Part shown: positions 12,877 to 26,320 of the stretch, in pieces
How the letters are laid out: each line of letters opens with the position of its first letter
Numbering within the stretch: position 1 is the first letter of the stretch
Source of the DNA: Mytilus edulis
Lineage: Eukaryota
DNA: 64,000 bases
Direction of reading: 5' to 3'
Assembly (NCBI RefSeq): GCF_963676685.1
Contig: NC_092357.1
Location: 8,804,001-8,868,000 of the forward strand
Position numbers and translations under genes: made by a program
Notes under the pieces: model-generated
What the model was told of the DNA's origin: nothing
The model's database searches: none
Seen by the model: the letters and a program-made list of their open reading frames with translations, nothing else

Positions 12877-14004
12877 AGGACTCGAAAGTGCGATGATACT
12901 CTAAAGTGCGATGGTCACGCTAAAGTACGATGGTGTCTCACGCTGAAGTGCGATGGTTGTTTGTTTGCTAAAGTACGATGGTGTCTCACGCTAAAGTGCA
13001 ATGGCTGTTTGTTCGGTAAAGTACGATGGTGTATCACGCTAAATTGCGATGGTCCAAAGGATAAAATTCTAAGTATTAAAACATCGAGGTTTTAAAAGTC
13101 TTTTTGCAAAAGCTAATTTGCTAAGGTTTAACATATGAGATAGGCTTTACAATTTACCGGTAGGCGGAAGTGATTGTTTCTAAATTAACAAGTCCAACCA
13201 TGTACTAATTACTATTAAGGTAACTTATGTTTTCAAAATATTATTTTTCATGTAAAATGATTTTTTTACAATTCGAAGCGTATTGAATATTTGGATAATT
13301 GGTGTAGATTACCGTTCACACTAATGTTACAACCTATCTTACATTTGTCATTAAAATTAAAAATAAAAAACTCGCACGTTCATTGTCAGAATATGTATTT
13401 GTATAAGTTTTAATCAGGCTAAATGCAAGAGAAATGCAATGTATGCCAAGCTTTCTCCTTTTTTCGTAGCGAGTGCAAATAAATGTTTTGTTTTCCTACA
13501 ATTTACAGTACGAACTAATGTCTTAGCAGACAATTTATAATATACGCATGAAACATGTATTTTTATTTTACTGACGTTACTTTTCGTTAAAATCAACGGA
13601 ATTTTAACGGAGATCACAAAGTAAACTGCCACAATTCGAATGTATCCGTTTGATTCAAATAGAAGCAGGATAGGTATGCGTATACTGTTTTGTATTTATA
13701 TAGTAAAATGGTCGACTGTAGTCCTTTCTTCCAGCACTTGAAAAAAAACCTTGTGATTTAGTAGACAAAGAACATGGTTGAATTAAATCAATTACTAGTT
13801 AGTCATGGACATTTGGTGTAAAATTTGTTTATCAAATATTCCTAATCTATCTTCCGGCATGTTCATTTTTAGTTTGTATAAACAACTGTTAACGTCATAA
13901 TCCAACTACATCTATACTTTTGCGGACCATCGCACTTTAGCGTATACCATCGCACTTTAGCGAAACCATCGTACTTTAGCGTCCCCATCGCACTTTAGAG
14001 TCCT
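12877..14004. mobile_element. Non-autonomous DNA transposon with TIRs and subterminal arrays
   Basis: TIR aggactc(g/t)aaagtgcgatg / catcgcactttagagtcct; 8 left and 4 right (inverted) copies of ctaaagtRcgatgg; lies in a segment with no counterpart in duplication copy 2. Confidence 0.88.
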
Positions 14005-14985
14005 ACATGTATATTGGGGGTCGTATCACTTTTCAATACACTGGTTTAACATGCTTAAGACGTTGATTATTGGCACATATTATCGTTGATTTGATCTGGA
14101 CTGTAGAAGCTCTCTGTGATCAATCAAAAACAGTCTACCAATCAAATTTAATTGTCAATCAAGTGATTATTACATTGTGTTCTACTGTTCATTTTGCTCT
14201 TCTAACAAAAGAATTTGAAATTCTAATATGACGTGCTTCTTTCGATTTGTAAACAACACCGTGATAAAATTCTCGATATATCTATACTAAGCGCAGACTC
14301 AGAACTGTACTTAATAAAGACTGCTACATTTTGCCTCCCACGTAAATCCACATGTATCGTAACCTATGTACAAACGATATGCCGATTTTGCTTGCTTAAA
14401 CATTTCAAATGAAAAATATATTATAGAGCCTTTATTTTTATTATGATGCATAACAAAAATAATCAAAGCATTACAGCTAAGAAAACTGTACAAAAATCAA
14501 TATTAAGATGAAAGTCCCCGTTATGCCAAAAATGCTTTTGTCGCATTAACGTCATTCAAAGCATGACGTCATACAAATGAAAACGATAAAGCTGAATCTT
14601 CTTCCGTTATGCGAACACTTTAAATTCGAAACATATTGCATTCAAATGGAGTTTTGAGGTAGGAGTTGCTTTATCTTCTATTCTATATTATGTTTTTTAC
14701 ATTTATTTATTTCAGCAAGTCAATATGGTTGGTCCTTAATTACGAAATGTCAACTCCGGATTTGACGGAATCTTACGTAAAAAACTGTATTAAAAAATGC
14801 AAATGTTGGGGTTGAAATTTAAAAGAGTCAAACACATTTTAGCGGTTTATAAATAGATTTCATACAAGCTATGGATTTATTGGAATTTTGAGCTTTATCT
14901 GTCTATGGGTGAAATAGAACAGCAACACACAAGGCAAACCCACCCTCACTTCGTTTTTTTTATAACAGTATTCGTCCTATCATAA

Positions 14986-15138
14986 TTCATGAAAGCCTTG
15001 GATTTGTTGTAAATTTACGCATGGCCTGCTTGGCAGTGATATTTGTTAAATGTATCCCTCGTTTACACTCAGGATTAAATTTGAATATCATAGCAAAAGC
15101 CTTGTGTAAATTTACAACAAATTTGTGGCTTCCTTGAA
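14986..15138. repeat. About 150-bp palindromic MITE-like element
   Basis: atttgttgtaaatttac / gtaaatttacaacaaat, with further imperfect pairing inward and outward. Confidence 0.65.
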
Positions 15139-15732
15139 TTATTTTTAATTTAACCCTCACATGTCAATTTAACCTCAACAATAAGGGCACCAGTAGTTCA
15201 TCCATTTGTCAAATCTTAATAATCAATTTCGAAAGGATAACTCAAGTTAACAAACAACACTGAGTGAATATACATGTCGAAAGTGTCAACCCTAAATCAG
15301 GAACCTGTTAACCAGTGGTTTCAGACTGTCTCTTGTATTTTTACGCATTGCCTTTTATTAAATTTACGTAAATAAATACGTTTCTTTTATAATCTAAAAT
15401 CTTTTTAAATGTGAATATTTGAAAGTAACCAATACAATCATCATAGTTGAATACATGGCGGTGACCAGAAGCTGTACAGATCATTTTACTCTGGATGCTT
15501 TTTTGTAGTTTATTAACTGATAATCATAGCAAATATCTATTTTAGATAATGCATACGATAAAGCCTTAAACCAATATTTATTTGTCATAACATTAATTAA
15601 TATCTATTGATCAAGATATAATATGAATTATACTAAGCGTTAACAGATATCCATAGATATAACAACAATTGTCATAGATTTTATTCCTATCAAAAAGATA
15701 ACGTTGATATGTTAATATGAATGACATCGGTA

Positions 15733-16133
15733 TTAAGGGAGTTCGCTTCTCAGTTTCTAAATAATTAACTTTCCAAACACTAGGGTATTTAGATAGGAGA
15801 TTACTAAAGGAAATCAAAAGAGCAAAAAACAATATATAGGTCAATGTGCTTTTTTTCGAGACATTAGCCATTGAAATGATGGCTGGAATATATTCTCTCT
15901 TGACTTTTCATAGCTTTAATCATTGACAGGTTTAAGTTGTCAAAAACTATTAAAAAATAATTAAAATGTTATTAGACTTAAACATTTAGACTTAGCATTA
16001 TACATGTAAAAGATTTATAAAAAGAAAAATGGGGATCAACAGGCAATTTTTTTAAAGGCATTCAAATGGATAAAACCAGAGGATTTCCAAAATCTGACAA
16101 AAATCCCAAAACATGACTAGCAAACTTCCTTAA
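15733..16133. mobile_element. TTAA-flanked MITE (Kolobok-like)
   Basis: ttaa-gggagttcgct..agcaaacttcc-ttaa; related inverted copy at 34849-35245. Confidence 0.75.
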
Positions 16134-16677
16134 ACAAGGTTTTAGCATAAACTCATACAACGTACACAAACCCTGACATTAGTTTAGCATCAACAGATCT
16201 ACATTGAAATATCGGTAAGTCTAGAAAGGAAAGTAGTACAATGGAAGGATGCTTTCTGTTGATTAAGAATTTGATATTGTACATGTACTTTGCGGTTTAC
16301 CATATAGTTATATTTTTAATGTCGTGGTATACCATTGTGCAAATTGGTCACTACATATCATGTATTGACACAGGACACAAAGAAGTACTACAAAAATGTA
16401 TGTATCATGTATCAGAGCAAAACAAAAAGATACAATACGCATACGCGTTAATCGAGTTTTGAATCCAACTAATTCAAACTAAACGACAACTCTTTGGGAG
16501 GTCCGTAGATGGCCTGTTGCCAAACAACATGTCTGTCCTACAATGAATCTAGGTTGCAAAACTTTGCAGTACATAAATTCATTGTAAATTTTTATTAATG
16601 ATTAAGAACTATCCTCTTGCATATGAACTTGAAAATTAGTCATTGTGTGAAGATAATTCACGTTGGTAAAGGTCTAA

Positions 16678-17130
16678 AAAAGAAGATGTTGTATTATTGT
16701 CAATGAGGCAAATCTCCACAAGCTCCACCAGAGACCAAATGATAAATATTATCAACTATAGGTCACCGTACTGCCTTCAACAATGAACAAAGCCAAAACC
16801 GCATATAAAGCTATGAAAAGCCCGGAAATAATAATTTAAAACAATTCTAGCGAGAAAAATAACGGCTTAATTTATGTACACAGAATGAACGAAAAACAAA
16901 ATGTACACACAAGAAAACGGCAACCACTGAAATTACGGTTCCTGACTTGGGAGAGGCACATACATACAGAATGTGGCGGGTTTAAACATGTAAGCGGATC
17001 TCAACCCTTCCCCTAACCTGGGACAGTGGTGTAACAGTACAACATAAAAACGAACTACAAAAATCAGTTGAAAAAGACTTGACTCATCAGATGGGTAAAA
17101 CAACAAATACTACAAATACAAGTGGATTGA
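16678..17130 (+). mobile_element. High-copy SINE-like family A
   Basis: aagaagatg..caatgag..ctccac..aactataggtcaccgtac..ccttcaacaatga..caaccactgaa..cctgacttggga. Confidence 0.8.
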
Positions 17131-19589
17131 CTACAGCAGTATCTATCGAAAGAATGAAGCCCAAATATCTAAATGAAAACATTCTACACAACCAAACCGT
17201 ATGAGCTTAAACAGAACAACCGGATTACTGAAAAGAACACAACAAGTTTTAGAACAGTGGAAAGATGAACGCAAAATATATGAAACAGGCTATATTATTG
17301 TTATTTGTAAGTTGAATGACAACAGTAAAACTTACCGTTCCTCCTTAACCAAAATCAACCCTTTTTTTTAGGAGTTTGTGTTGTGTTTACTTTAATTCCG
17401 ATAATACTTTGACTTTGATTTTCAAGAGCTTTAATCTCAATTTTGTTTAAATGCTTTTTGATATTGTTTGTTTTGTTGTTGCGTTATCTTGTTGTATTAT
17501 CGAGCAGTTCTTAAATATAGACATGTTGGGAATACGTTAACATTAGTATCTACGGGACTTTCGAAATGTTTTCTTTTTTATAGCGTCCTTTTAGTCTTAT
17601 TCTATATCAATAAAACGAACTTAAATCTTTTAATTAACAATATCTGTTCTGACTTTGATTACACGTGTTTAAATGTAGTTGCACTGCATGACAGCAATCA
17701 GATGACAAGAAATGTACCTGTTACATTGTATATAGTCAATTAAAAGATCATTTACAGTTGTTCAGTGCTGTAATGTGACTTCAACATTGTACTTTGATTT
17801 ATCAAAGATATAATCAGTCCTTGATAAAATTGATGAAAGCTTATTATCTTATAAAACTGGTTACATTTAATCGAATGATTAGTTCAAGAAAATGCATTTC
17901 ATGGAGTTTGTTGATTATAGATTTACTTTTTTGAGATTATAGTTATGTTTCTCCAATGGCAATTTTATTATGTTATCACTAATGTATTAAATTTTCGATA
18001 ATAATCTTTACCAATGATATTACTATTATAATACCATGATAAGAAATAAAAGAAGTAGTAGTAGTATAAATAGTCTAAAAGAGTTTTACACAATGAATCG
18101 AAATTATCGTCACCATTAAAACATTACATGATTACAAATGTATACATTACACTTTGTTTTACTGTCGATTTAATGAAAACCTATAAAAACATATGTTTAA
18201 CCAAACTTCTTTATGAGAAATGTTATCACAGATATACCTTGAAAGAACTGAATGAAGAAAAAATTAATGAGAAAATATTTATTTGGTAGATGTATAATGT
18301 ATGAAACATCAATATATATCAGACATTTAATCATCTTTGCGATGTATTGTAAGATAATTGGCGATTATGGTCATCCCCATTCTGTTCTAAATTATGTTGG
18401 TTTAGAATTGCTTAGCTACAATTATTCTAATTGACTTAACTGCACTAAAGTCTATGAACAGTAAAGGAAATGTATTCATCACACACTCATTAACAAACAT
18501 GATTAAGTTCTCGTACCTTGTCCTTCAACTTGGTGAGCTATTAGTCAGCAAAATCCTATCGTTTGGTTTCTATGTTATTTTTTTGAAAAAAAACAGGAAA
18601 TTAACAACTCTTCAATTATTGGATTCACTGTCAAGACTTGAGTACTTTATAAAAAGTGCATATACGTATACCAACAAAAAGAATTCTCAAATTTCCTGTT
18701 AAACGTCATTTATGTCGAAACACACTGCTAAAATAAATATGCCCTAGAAATGCTACAGTCGCTGCTTTCCATGTATCACCCTGTGTGTTACGTCTATAAG
18801 TTCAAGATGGTTAGTCGTATCCGGTGATTAAGCATCAACCGATACCTTCTGGGTAAATATGTTCCTCCTGAATCTTATATATCACCAATACAACTGTTTA
18901 AAATGTTAAGCTTATTGTGTACTGGTTTGACGCCTGTAGTTCGGTGATCCAATGTGCTTATGATATGCGTAACAGGCAGCTTCGAAGTTAAAATTGAGAA
19001 TCTTCTGAAAAGCTTCTAATTTCATTAAATGAAAAATTGCATTCTACCAAATAGTGCTTAACAAATTGTTGGTTTGTGAAGAGAATATTACAGACGAACG
19101 TAAAGTGTCAATTTCAATCTAACAATACATGGGTTTTCAGGTCAGTAAGAACTGGCTACCGGGATGTTCATATTCTTTGTGAAAGTTGTTTCCTAGTTTT
19201 CACAATTGATATTCAGCTTAGAGTGTGTAAACATTCCGTTTTAGTTATCAGCAGTTAATATCACCCGGGAATTAATATCAGAGGCTTCATGTAGAGTCTG
19301 ATCAATCAACATGAGGTATTCACAATTAAATTATTTAAACCAAATGATGGTAAATTAAAGATTTAATATGATTGATAACAACAATAAAGTCTTGATGCAA
19401 TGTACTTTGCAGCCGTAATAACTTTGATCTGGTTCACTTTTATCGTGAATAAAAATAAGTTATAATTTCATGAATCTTAACTTTAAATAGTCTACACTTT
19501 ATGTTTCATGTTTGACAACTTTCGTAACAAAATACTCACATGTTAGAAATTATCAATTTAAAATATAATTATGTTCTTGATTGTTGAAA

Positions 19590-21190
19590 AGATATATAAG
19601 ACCACTTTACAGGAAAATATCAAATGTATCTGACCGGTTACTAATAGTATGTGTCATGTTTCTATCTCGTTATAATTCAAGGTCTTATTACATGGTATGA
19701 ACAATAGAGCATTCTCTTTTATCAGGGTGCAGCAGCTTAAGTCGAAACAATTTAAGCTCCTATTTCATGAAAAGAAATGTTTTCCAACCATGCAGTAAAT
19801 TGGTGCTTAACGCTAATTGGCTACTATAAATAAGTAGTTTATGATCTGAGGAATTGTTAAGTGAAATCAATTTCTAAGTAAATAAGATATGTACCAGATT
19901 TTTGTAGAAGTTTGCATGCAACGTTGGCTTGTTGGACTTTAAATCAAAAGGGCATTAATATAACACCACTTGATATGAAAATCTATCAAATTTAGCTGAC
20001 AGGCTACTAATTGTTTTTGTGAAAGTATGAATTTTGATATAGTTCAAGAACTAGTTACATGGTACGAACATTGTAGAGTTCACGTGTATATTTTTTGTGA
20101 TAGCTTAAATGGAATTAATAAAAGCTCCCCTTATATTGAAAGAAGTGTCCTTCAAACAAGTGAAAGCGGTGAATCACAAAAATACTGAACTTTAAGGAAT
20201 TTGGTGCTTTAGGCTAATTGTCTGTAACAAAATAATTTATGATTTGATGAATTCTAAAGTACGGTCAATGAGTCATTAGGTATCCTATGTAAGAGTTCTT
20301 GATAAATTGGGCATTAAACTTTGGCTTGATAATCTATAATCCAAAAACCGTAATATTACTAAAAATATATATCTTAGAGTTCAAGGACTAATTACATAGC
20401 ATGAATATTGTAGATTTCACCTCAATCTATAAGCGTAAATGAAATCAATTTGAGATCTCCAATTATGAAAGGAAGTGTCTGTCTAACAAGTTAATTGGTG
20501 CTTCATGCTGATTGGCTAGTAAAAAGTAATAATATTTGATCCGATGAATTGTTGAAAGAGGCCAATGAGTTTTGAGCAATGTCACATATTTTGGTAAAAT
20601 ATTGCATATAACGTTGGCTTGTTTGACTATAATTCAAACAGGACAGAAGTCTTGTATAATTCAAGGTTTGATGACATAATATTTACATGGCGAGTTTACT
20701 TCTATCATTATTTCTGTAGTGATAATGGGATAAAAAAAATGCTTTCATGATCAGAAGTGCCTTTCAAAAAAGAAAACTGGTGCTTCATACTGATTTGTTA
20801 TTAACTGATCAATTGTTCAGTTAGGTCAGTAAGTTGATAGATATATGTTGTCAATGATTTTGGTAACAGTTTGCGTGCAACTTTGGCTTTTTGAACTATT
20901 ATTCAAAAAGGCGATAATATTAGAGCACTATACAGGAAATTATATCATATTTTTCTGACAGGTAACTAATGTTTGTTGTCGTGTAACAATTTCCTTATAG
21001 TCTCAAGGTATAATTACATTGTATACAAATTGTAGAGTTTACTTCTATTATTGCTGCGGTAGGATAAGTGGCATTCATATAAAGTTATACATTATTAAGA
21101 AAGTGTTGTTTCCTATAAAGTAAGCTAATGCTGATTTGTTATTAAAACTATTGATTTATGATACCATGATTTTTGAATGCGGTCAATATG
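19590..21190. repeat. Old degenerate tandem repeat, about 5 units of 280-400 bp
   Basis: Anchors (t/c)tggtgctt at 19800, 20201, 20495, 20777; aac(g/t)ttggctt at 19920, 20317, 20610, 20879. Confidence 0.8.
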
Positions 21191-22074
21191 TTATAAAAAT
21201 AAAACAACAATACCGAACTCCGGGTTTATTCAAGAGGGACAAAATAAAATGTTAAGGTTGAAGGTTCTCGCCTGTTAACACCTTAACACTAGCTGCATTG
21301 TATGCAAATATTTTTAACCAAGAGTCTGTTGTTCTATGTTTGTCGTTTTTTGGTGTGGTGTATAGGTGCTTCACGTTTTTTTTAGATAGATAAGACCGTC
21401 GGTTTTTCTGTTTGAATTGTTGTAAACTAGTCATAGCATGGTCCTTTATAGCTTACTGTTCGGTGTGATAGAAAGATTTATGTTGAAGGCCCTACTTTGA
21501 GCTGTTTTTGTTCACTTTTTTACTGTTACTTATTGTGACTGTTTTGCTGAGTATGAATTCGCATTGCTATAAGACGTGTCACGTTACTTTTCCATCCTCA
21601 ATTCATTTACATGTACATAAGTTTGATGTTATATTTGTAATTCTCATCGGATTTTGTCACATGTCTTAACGTTTGCAGTTGTAAATCCTATTTTTTCTGT
21701 TGTATTCCTGTGATAGGTAAAGATAATAAATCATCCAGTTCATTTATTAGATTTAAGTTTGGATCAACGAAATTTACACGATATATTTGGTTTATCGTTC
21801 GATTCAGCAGAAACACCGACATAGCTAGACAGTACAAGTAATTATCTAATTACTACTACAATTTGATATTTATTTGTATTGTAATTTTCACTGTTATTAA
21901 TAAATGTTAGATAAGTCATACAAATCTAATCTTGAATTTCATCCACATTCTTTCTTAATTTGGGAACTCGTCTGAAAAATTCAAACGTGATGTCACTTTG
22001 TACTTTGTGCTTTGCACTGGCTTTGGCTAACACGGCTGAGTATTTTTGTAATGTATCCGTTTGTATTCTGTAGC

Positions 22075-22685
22075 TAGTCACCACTTCATTTTTATCATGT
22101 ATATCTATTATATAGTCATTTTATAAAATTTACTGTTTGCAAAAGTATGAATTATTCTAAATAATAAGATGTTCTTGTCCCAGGCGGATTACCCTGGACG
22201 TATTGGTCACAACTTTTTTTGGAACTTTTGTCCCTCGGTTATCTTCAACTTTGTACTTGATTAGGCTTTTAAACTTTTTTTAATCTGAGCATCGCTGGTT
22301 TGTCTTGTGTGGATGTGGCGCGCATTTGACGCATTAATGTTTGTTTCTTTGTCCTATATTTTATTCAATTTATTTGTATTGTAGCCCTGTCATGTAATGT
22401 TGTCATTTTAATGTTATAATTTACATTGCCTTTGAAAGAGGTTTGGCATGCCACAAAACCAGGTTGAACCTACCATTTTGTTTCTTTAAATGTCCTGCAC
22501 CAGATCAGGAAAATGGCCATTGTTATATTATAGTTCGTTTTTTGTGTGTGTTACATTTTAATGTTGCGTTTCTGTTGTGTCGTAGTTCTCTTATATTTGA
22601 TGCGTTTCACTCGGTTTTGCTTTGTGGCTCGGATTTCGTTTTCTCTATCGATTTATGAATTTTAAACAGCGGTATACTACTTTTT
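22075..22685 (+). mobile_element. Composite repeat: decayed retrozyme unit plus family C segment
   Basis: Same B+C arrangement as 10715-11170 (tgtcatgtaatgttgtcattt..ccacaaaaccaggt..cggtatactac). Confidence 0.7.
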
Positions 22686-23732
22686 ATTTTACATCGTGAA
22701 TGAAACGTTGTCTCATTGACACACCTTATTCATAATTAATTGACTATTTTCTAAATAAGGAAATGATTGTACCAAATCAGGAATATGACAGTCGTTTCCC
22801 ATTCGTTTGACTTATGAGTTTGCAATTGGTTTAAGGACTGTCCGTTTAGAATTTTTATTGGAGTTCGGTATTTTTGTTTTTATACTTTTCAATGAGATAG
22901 CTAACTTCATAAATAACAAACATACATATAGTTGTACAACCTTCACAGAGAAGATACATTTAATGAAACGTATAACTTGGTAACATACATGAACCTGATG
23001 TTCAATGGTTGTTGTTCGTTCATAATGTTCATAAGTGTTTCTTGTTTTTTGTTTTATCTATATAAATTGGACCGTTAGTTTCCCTGTTTATATGGTTTTA
23101 CACTTGTCATTGTTTGGAACGTTTTAAAGTTTGCTGTTTGGTGTGAGCCAAGTCCCAATGTTGAAGACCGTCCTTTGACCTATAGTGGTTTACTCATACC
23201 ACATTTTCTTATATCTATGAACGTAATAATAAAAACATGAAGTGTGGTATCTATAATTGCAATGTCGACTGTATTCTTCAAATATCAAACGTGTATTGAA
23301 AGAAGAGGATTGGACAACATACTTAATCTTTACAAATTCTTCCCACTGAAAATAAATTCACTAATTTCATACTTTGTATTAGAATTTAGATTGTTCATTG
23401 ATCTTTCATTACTGCATTTAGTAAGCTACCTATTTATTTATAAACGCATATATTATAATAATAATATGTGAACTATTGCCAGATTACTACGTTGAAAATT
23501 CGTGTTTAAGCTTTATTTATCAAAGAAGTACGTTAAGGTTAAGATTTAAGTATGATATTATTCAAATACACCAACCCACATAACCTTTTGGAATATATGT
23601 TGGACATATGTAAATATGATTGCTTATGAAATGAGTATATATATAAGTACGTCTGAGTCAGTGACAACTCTACAACAGATGTATCCATCGGATCGCCATT
23701 AATGATGGTGATACATGGCTGTGTACATAATG

Positions 23733-23958
23733 TATATACAACTCGTCTAAACATCAACCAAACGATGTTAGATCTGTAAATTTGCTTTCGCAAATTTTTG
23801 GTTCTTCCCTCGCCGGGATTCGAACCCATGCTACTGTGATATCGTGACAGTGCAGGCGATTTGGTGTCACGATATCACAGTAGCATGGGTTCGAATCCCG
23901 GCGAGGGAAGAATACAGATCAAACATTGTTGGGTTGATGTTTAGACGAGTTGTATATA
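23733..23958. repeat. Head-to-head inverted pair of tRNA-like (SINE head) repeats forming a long palindrome
   Basis: Perfect 48-bp arms 23802-23849 / 23865-23912, 15-nt spacer; outer imperfect arms 23733-23778 / 23913-23958; B-box-like GGTTCGAATCCC in each arm. Confidence 0.85.
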
Positions 23959-24049
23959 TATACCACATACCAACTTGGACGAATGACCACCATTACAAAT
24001 CACTGTATAAAACGACAGCATCATTTGTTTAAATTGGATATCCGACTGT

Positions 24050-25070
24050 AAATTACGCTAGTAATGATAAAAGCACGGACTCGTGTGTTTGCCAGTTGTT
24101 TATGTGTCGTATAGTGATAACGAAAGGACAGAAGCGTGTGGTGGCCATTTGTTTCTATGTCGTATAGTAAAGTAATTACAAGAGAACGGACGCGTGTGCT
24201 GATCATTGATTATGTGCCGTAATGACATACCCAAAGAACGGAATCGTGTGCTGATCATTTATTATGTGCCGTAATGACATACCCAAAGAACGGAATCGTG
24301 TGCTGATCATTGATTATGTGCCGTAATGACATACCCAAAGAACGGACGCGTGTGCTGAACATTGATAATGTGCCGTAATGACATACCCAAAGAACGGACG
24401 CGTGTGCTGAACATTGATTATGTGCCGTAATGACATACCCAAAGAACGGAATCGTGTGCTGATTATTGATTATGTGCCGTAATGACATACCCATAGAACT
24501 GAATCGTGTGCTGATCATTGATTATGTGCCGTAATGACATACCCATAGAACTGAATCGTGTGCTGATCATTGATTATGTGCCGTAATGACATACCCATAG
24601 AACTGAATCGTGTGCCGACCATTTGTTTATATGTCGTCAAGTAATAACGAAAGAACAGACTTGATTGTTGACCATTGTTTATTTATCTAATAAAAATAAC
24701 GAAAGCACGGATTTGTGGGTTAACCATTTATTTGTATGTCGTAACGTAATAACGAAATAACAAACTCGTGTGCTGACTGTATACGTCGCTAAGTAATAAC
24801 CAAACATTATATGTCGTAAGGTAACAATGAGAGAACAATCTCGTGTTCTGACCATCTTTTTATGTGTCGTTATTTCAAAACGAAAGCAAGGACTCGTGTC
24901 CTGACCATATTTTTATGGCGTAAACAAATCTCGAAAGAAACAAACTCGTGTGCTGCTCATTGCGTATATGTTGTAACGTTATAACGAAAGAAGAGAACTG
25001 CATGCTGACCATTTGTGTTTTTTTTTAATATAAATAGCAAAAGAAGTAATTCGTGTGCTGACCAGTTGTT
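24050..25070. repeat. 52-bp minisatellite (about 8 near-identical units, 24194-24615) inside older degenerate units
   Basis: Unit gtgtgctgatcattgattatgtgccgtaatgacatacccaaagaacggaatc; flanking units keep ctcgtgtgctgacca and taacgaaag. Confidence 0.92.
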
Positions 25071-26007
25071 TAATGAAGTAATTCCCTCGTTACTTCTGTC
25101 AGTTATATATATGACTGTGTTTATAAAGCATTGCACTATCTCATTTGATTACTAAGACTTGTTATGACCAGCTTTGGGAATAAGATGTCCTTTAATCGTT
25201 ATTTGTATAATTACAGTGTCTCTTGTCATAACATGCTATTACTTATTCTGAAGTATATGGTTGACAACAAAAATAAGCGAGGGAATTAATCTTGGAAAAT
25301 CAATCGTGTGAAGAGATTATTGAGATGTATGATAACCTAAGGGGCAACCAAAAACCGAAATTAGAAAAAAAGGAATACAATATAGTTGATATCGGCTGTC
25401 TTCTTAATAAGCTGACGGTTAATATCGGATAGGATTTTAACCAACTGAGATCTGCATATAAAGTGACATGCCTAATACAACAATTTAAAAAAATAAATAT
25501 AATAGCAACATCCTAACTATAATTCATTGCACATCTAATTGCTATTTCAAACATTTGCATTGTAATGTTGTAGAACCAAAAAGAAACGTCAAAGCTAATT
25601 ATGTTTTGAAATAGAAAAGAAAAGAAAAACAAATAAGTCTTGGGTTTCTTTTGAACTGAGTTTTACTGTGCGTATTGCTGTATAGTTGTTTTGTATTCCA
25701 CATATGCTACAGGTACTAAGGGAAGTTTAAGATCTGGAAAAACGTGTTTAATTTGTTAGCCCAATTCAGAAACCTCTGTTCTTTGGTTTATGTATATGTT
25801 TCGAAGTTTAGAGAGGCGTCCTTTTTCTCGGTGAACTAGTTTACATTGTTTTCAGAGACCAGCTGAAACCCATCTCAGGATGCGGAATTTTCTCGCTATG
25901 TCCCTATGATGAATACCCATTGGCGACCATTGTTGGTTTTCTGCTTTTTTGGTCGGGTTGTTGTCTATTTGACATATTATCCATTATCAATTTAATTGTC
26001 AATATGT

Positions 26008-26320
26008 AAATAAAGGCAACAGTAGTGTACCGCTGTTCAAAACTCATAAATCCAGGGACAAAAAACAAAATCGGGGTAACAAACTAAAACCGAGGGAAAC
26101 GCATTAAATATAAGAGGAGAACAACGACATAACACCGAAACGTAGCACACACAGAAACGGACCAAGCATCAGCCAAACACCACGAGAATAACAAATATAA
26201 CAAGAAAACCAAATACATGAATTTGGGATAGACAAGTACCGTGCCACGTCTGATCTCAATATCTCAAAAATAAGAGAAAACACAAACGACTCAACGTTAA
26301 AATGCAACACAAATGTTAAA
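26008..26320 (-). mobile_element. Family C variant
   Basis: aaataaaggcaacagtagtgtaccgctgttcaaaactcataaatc shared with 36080; internal segment shared with 21570-21660. Confidence 0.65.

Larger units (their letters stand above)
1..18134 (+). repeat. Segmental duplication, copy 1 (non-coding; runs off the window start)
   Basis: Colinear shared blocks with 47955-63537, e.g. 625~48024 (tcgggagaaaactaattttgatatgttttacttaacagcagg), 1961~51380, 7776~58250, 9693~59861, 12531~62055, 17678~63029. Confidence 0.95.

Noticed and set aside
23850-23912. tRNA gene (GGTTCGAATCCC)
   Set aside because: Only a T-arm/B-box is present; there is no acceptor stem or D-arm, and it is embedded in a repeat palindrome.
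24190-24620. CRISPR-like array
   Set aside because: Units are contiguous with no unique spacers, there are no cas genes, and the context is eukaryotic; it is a minisatellite.
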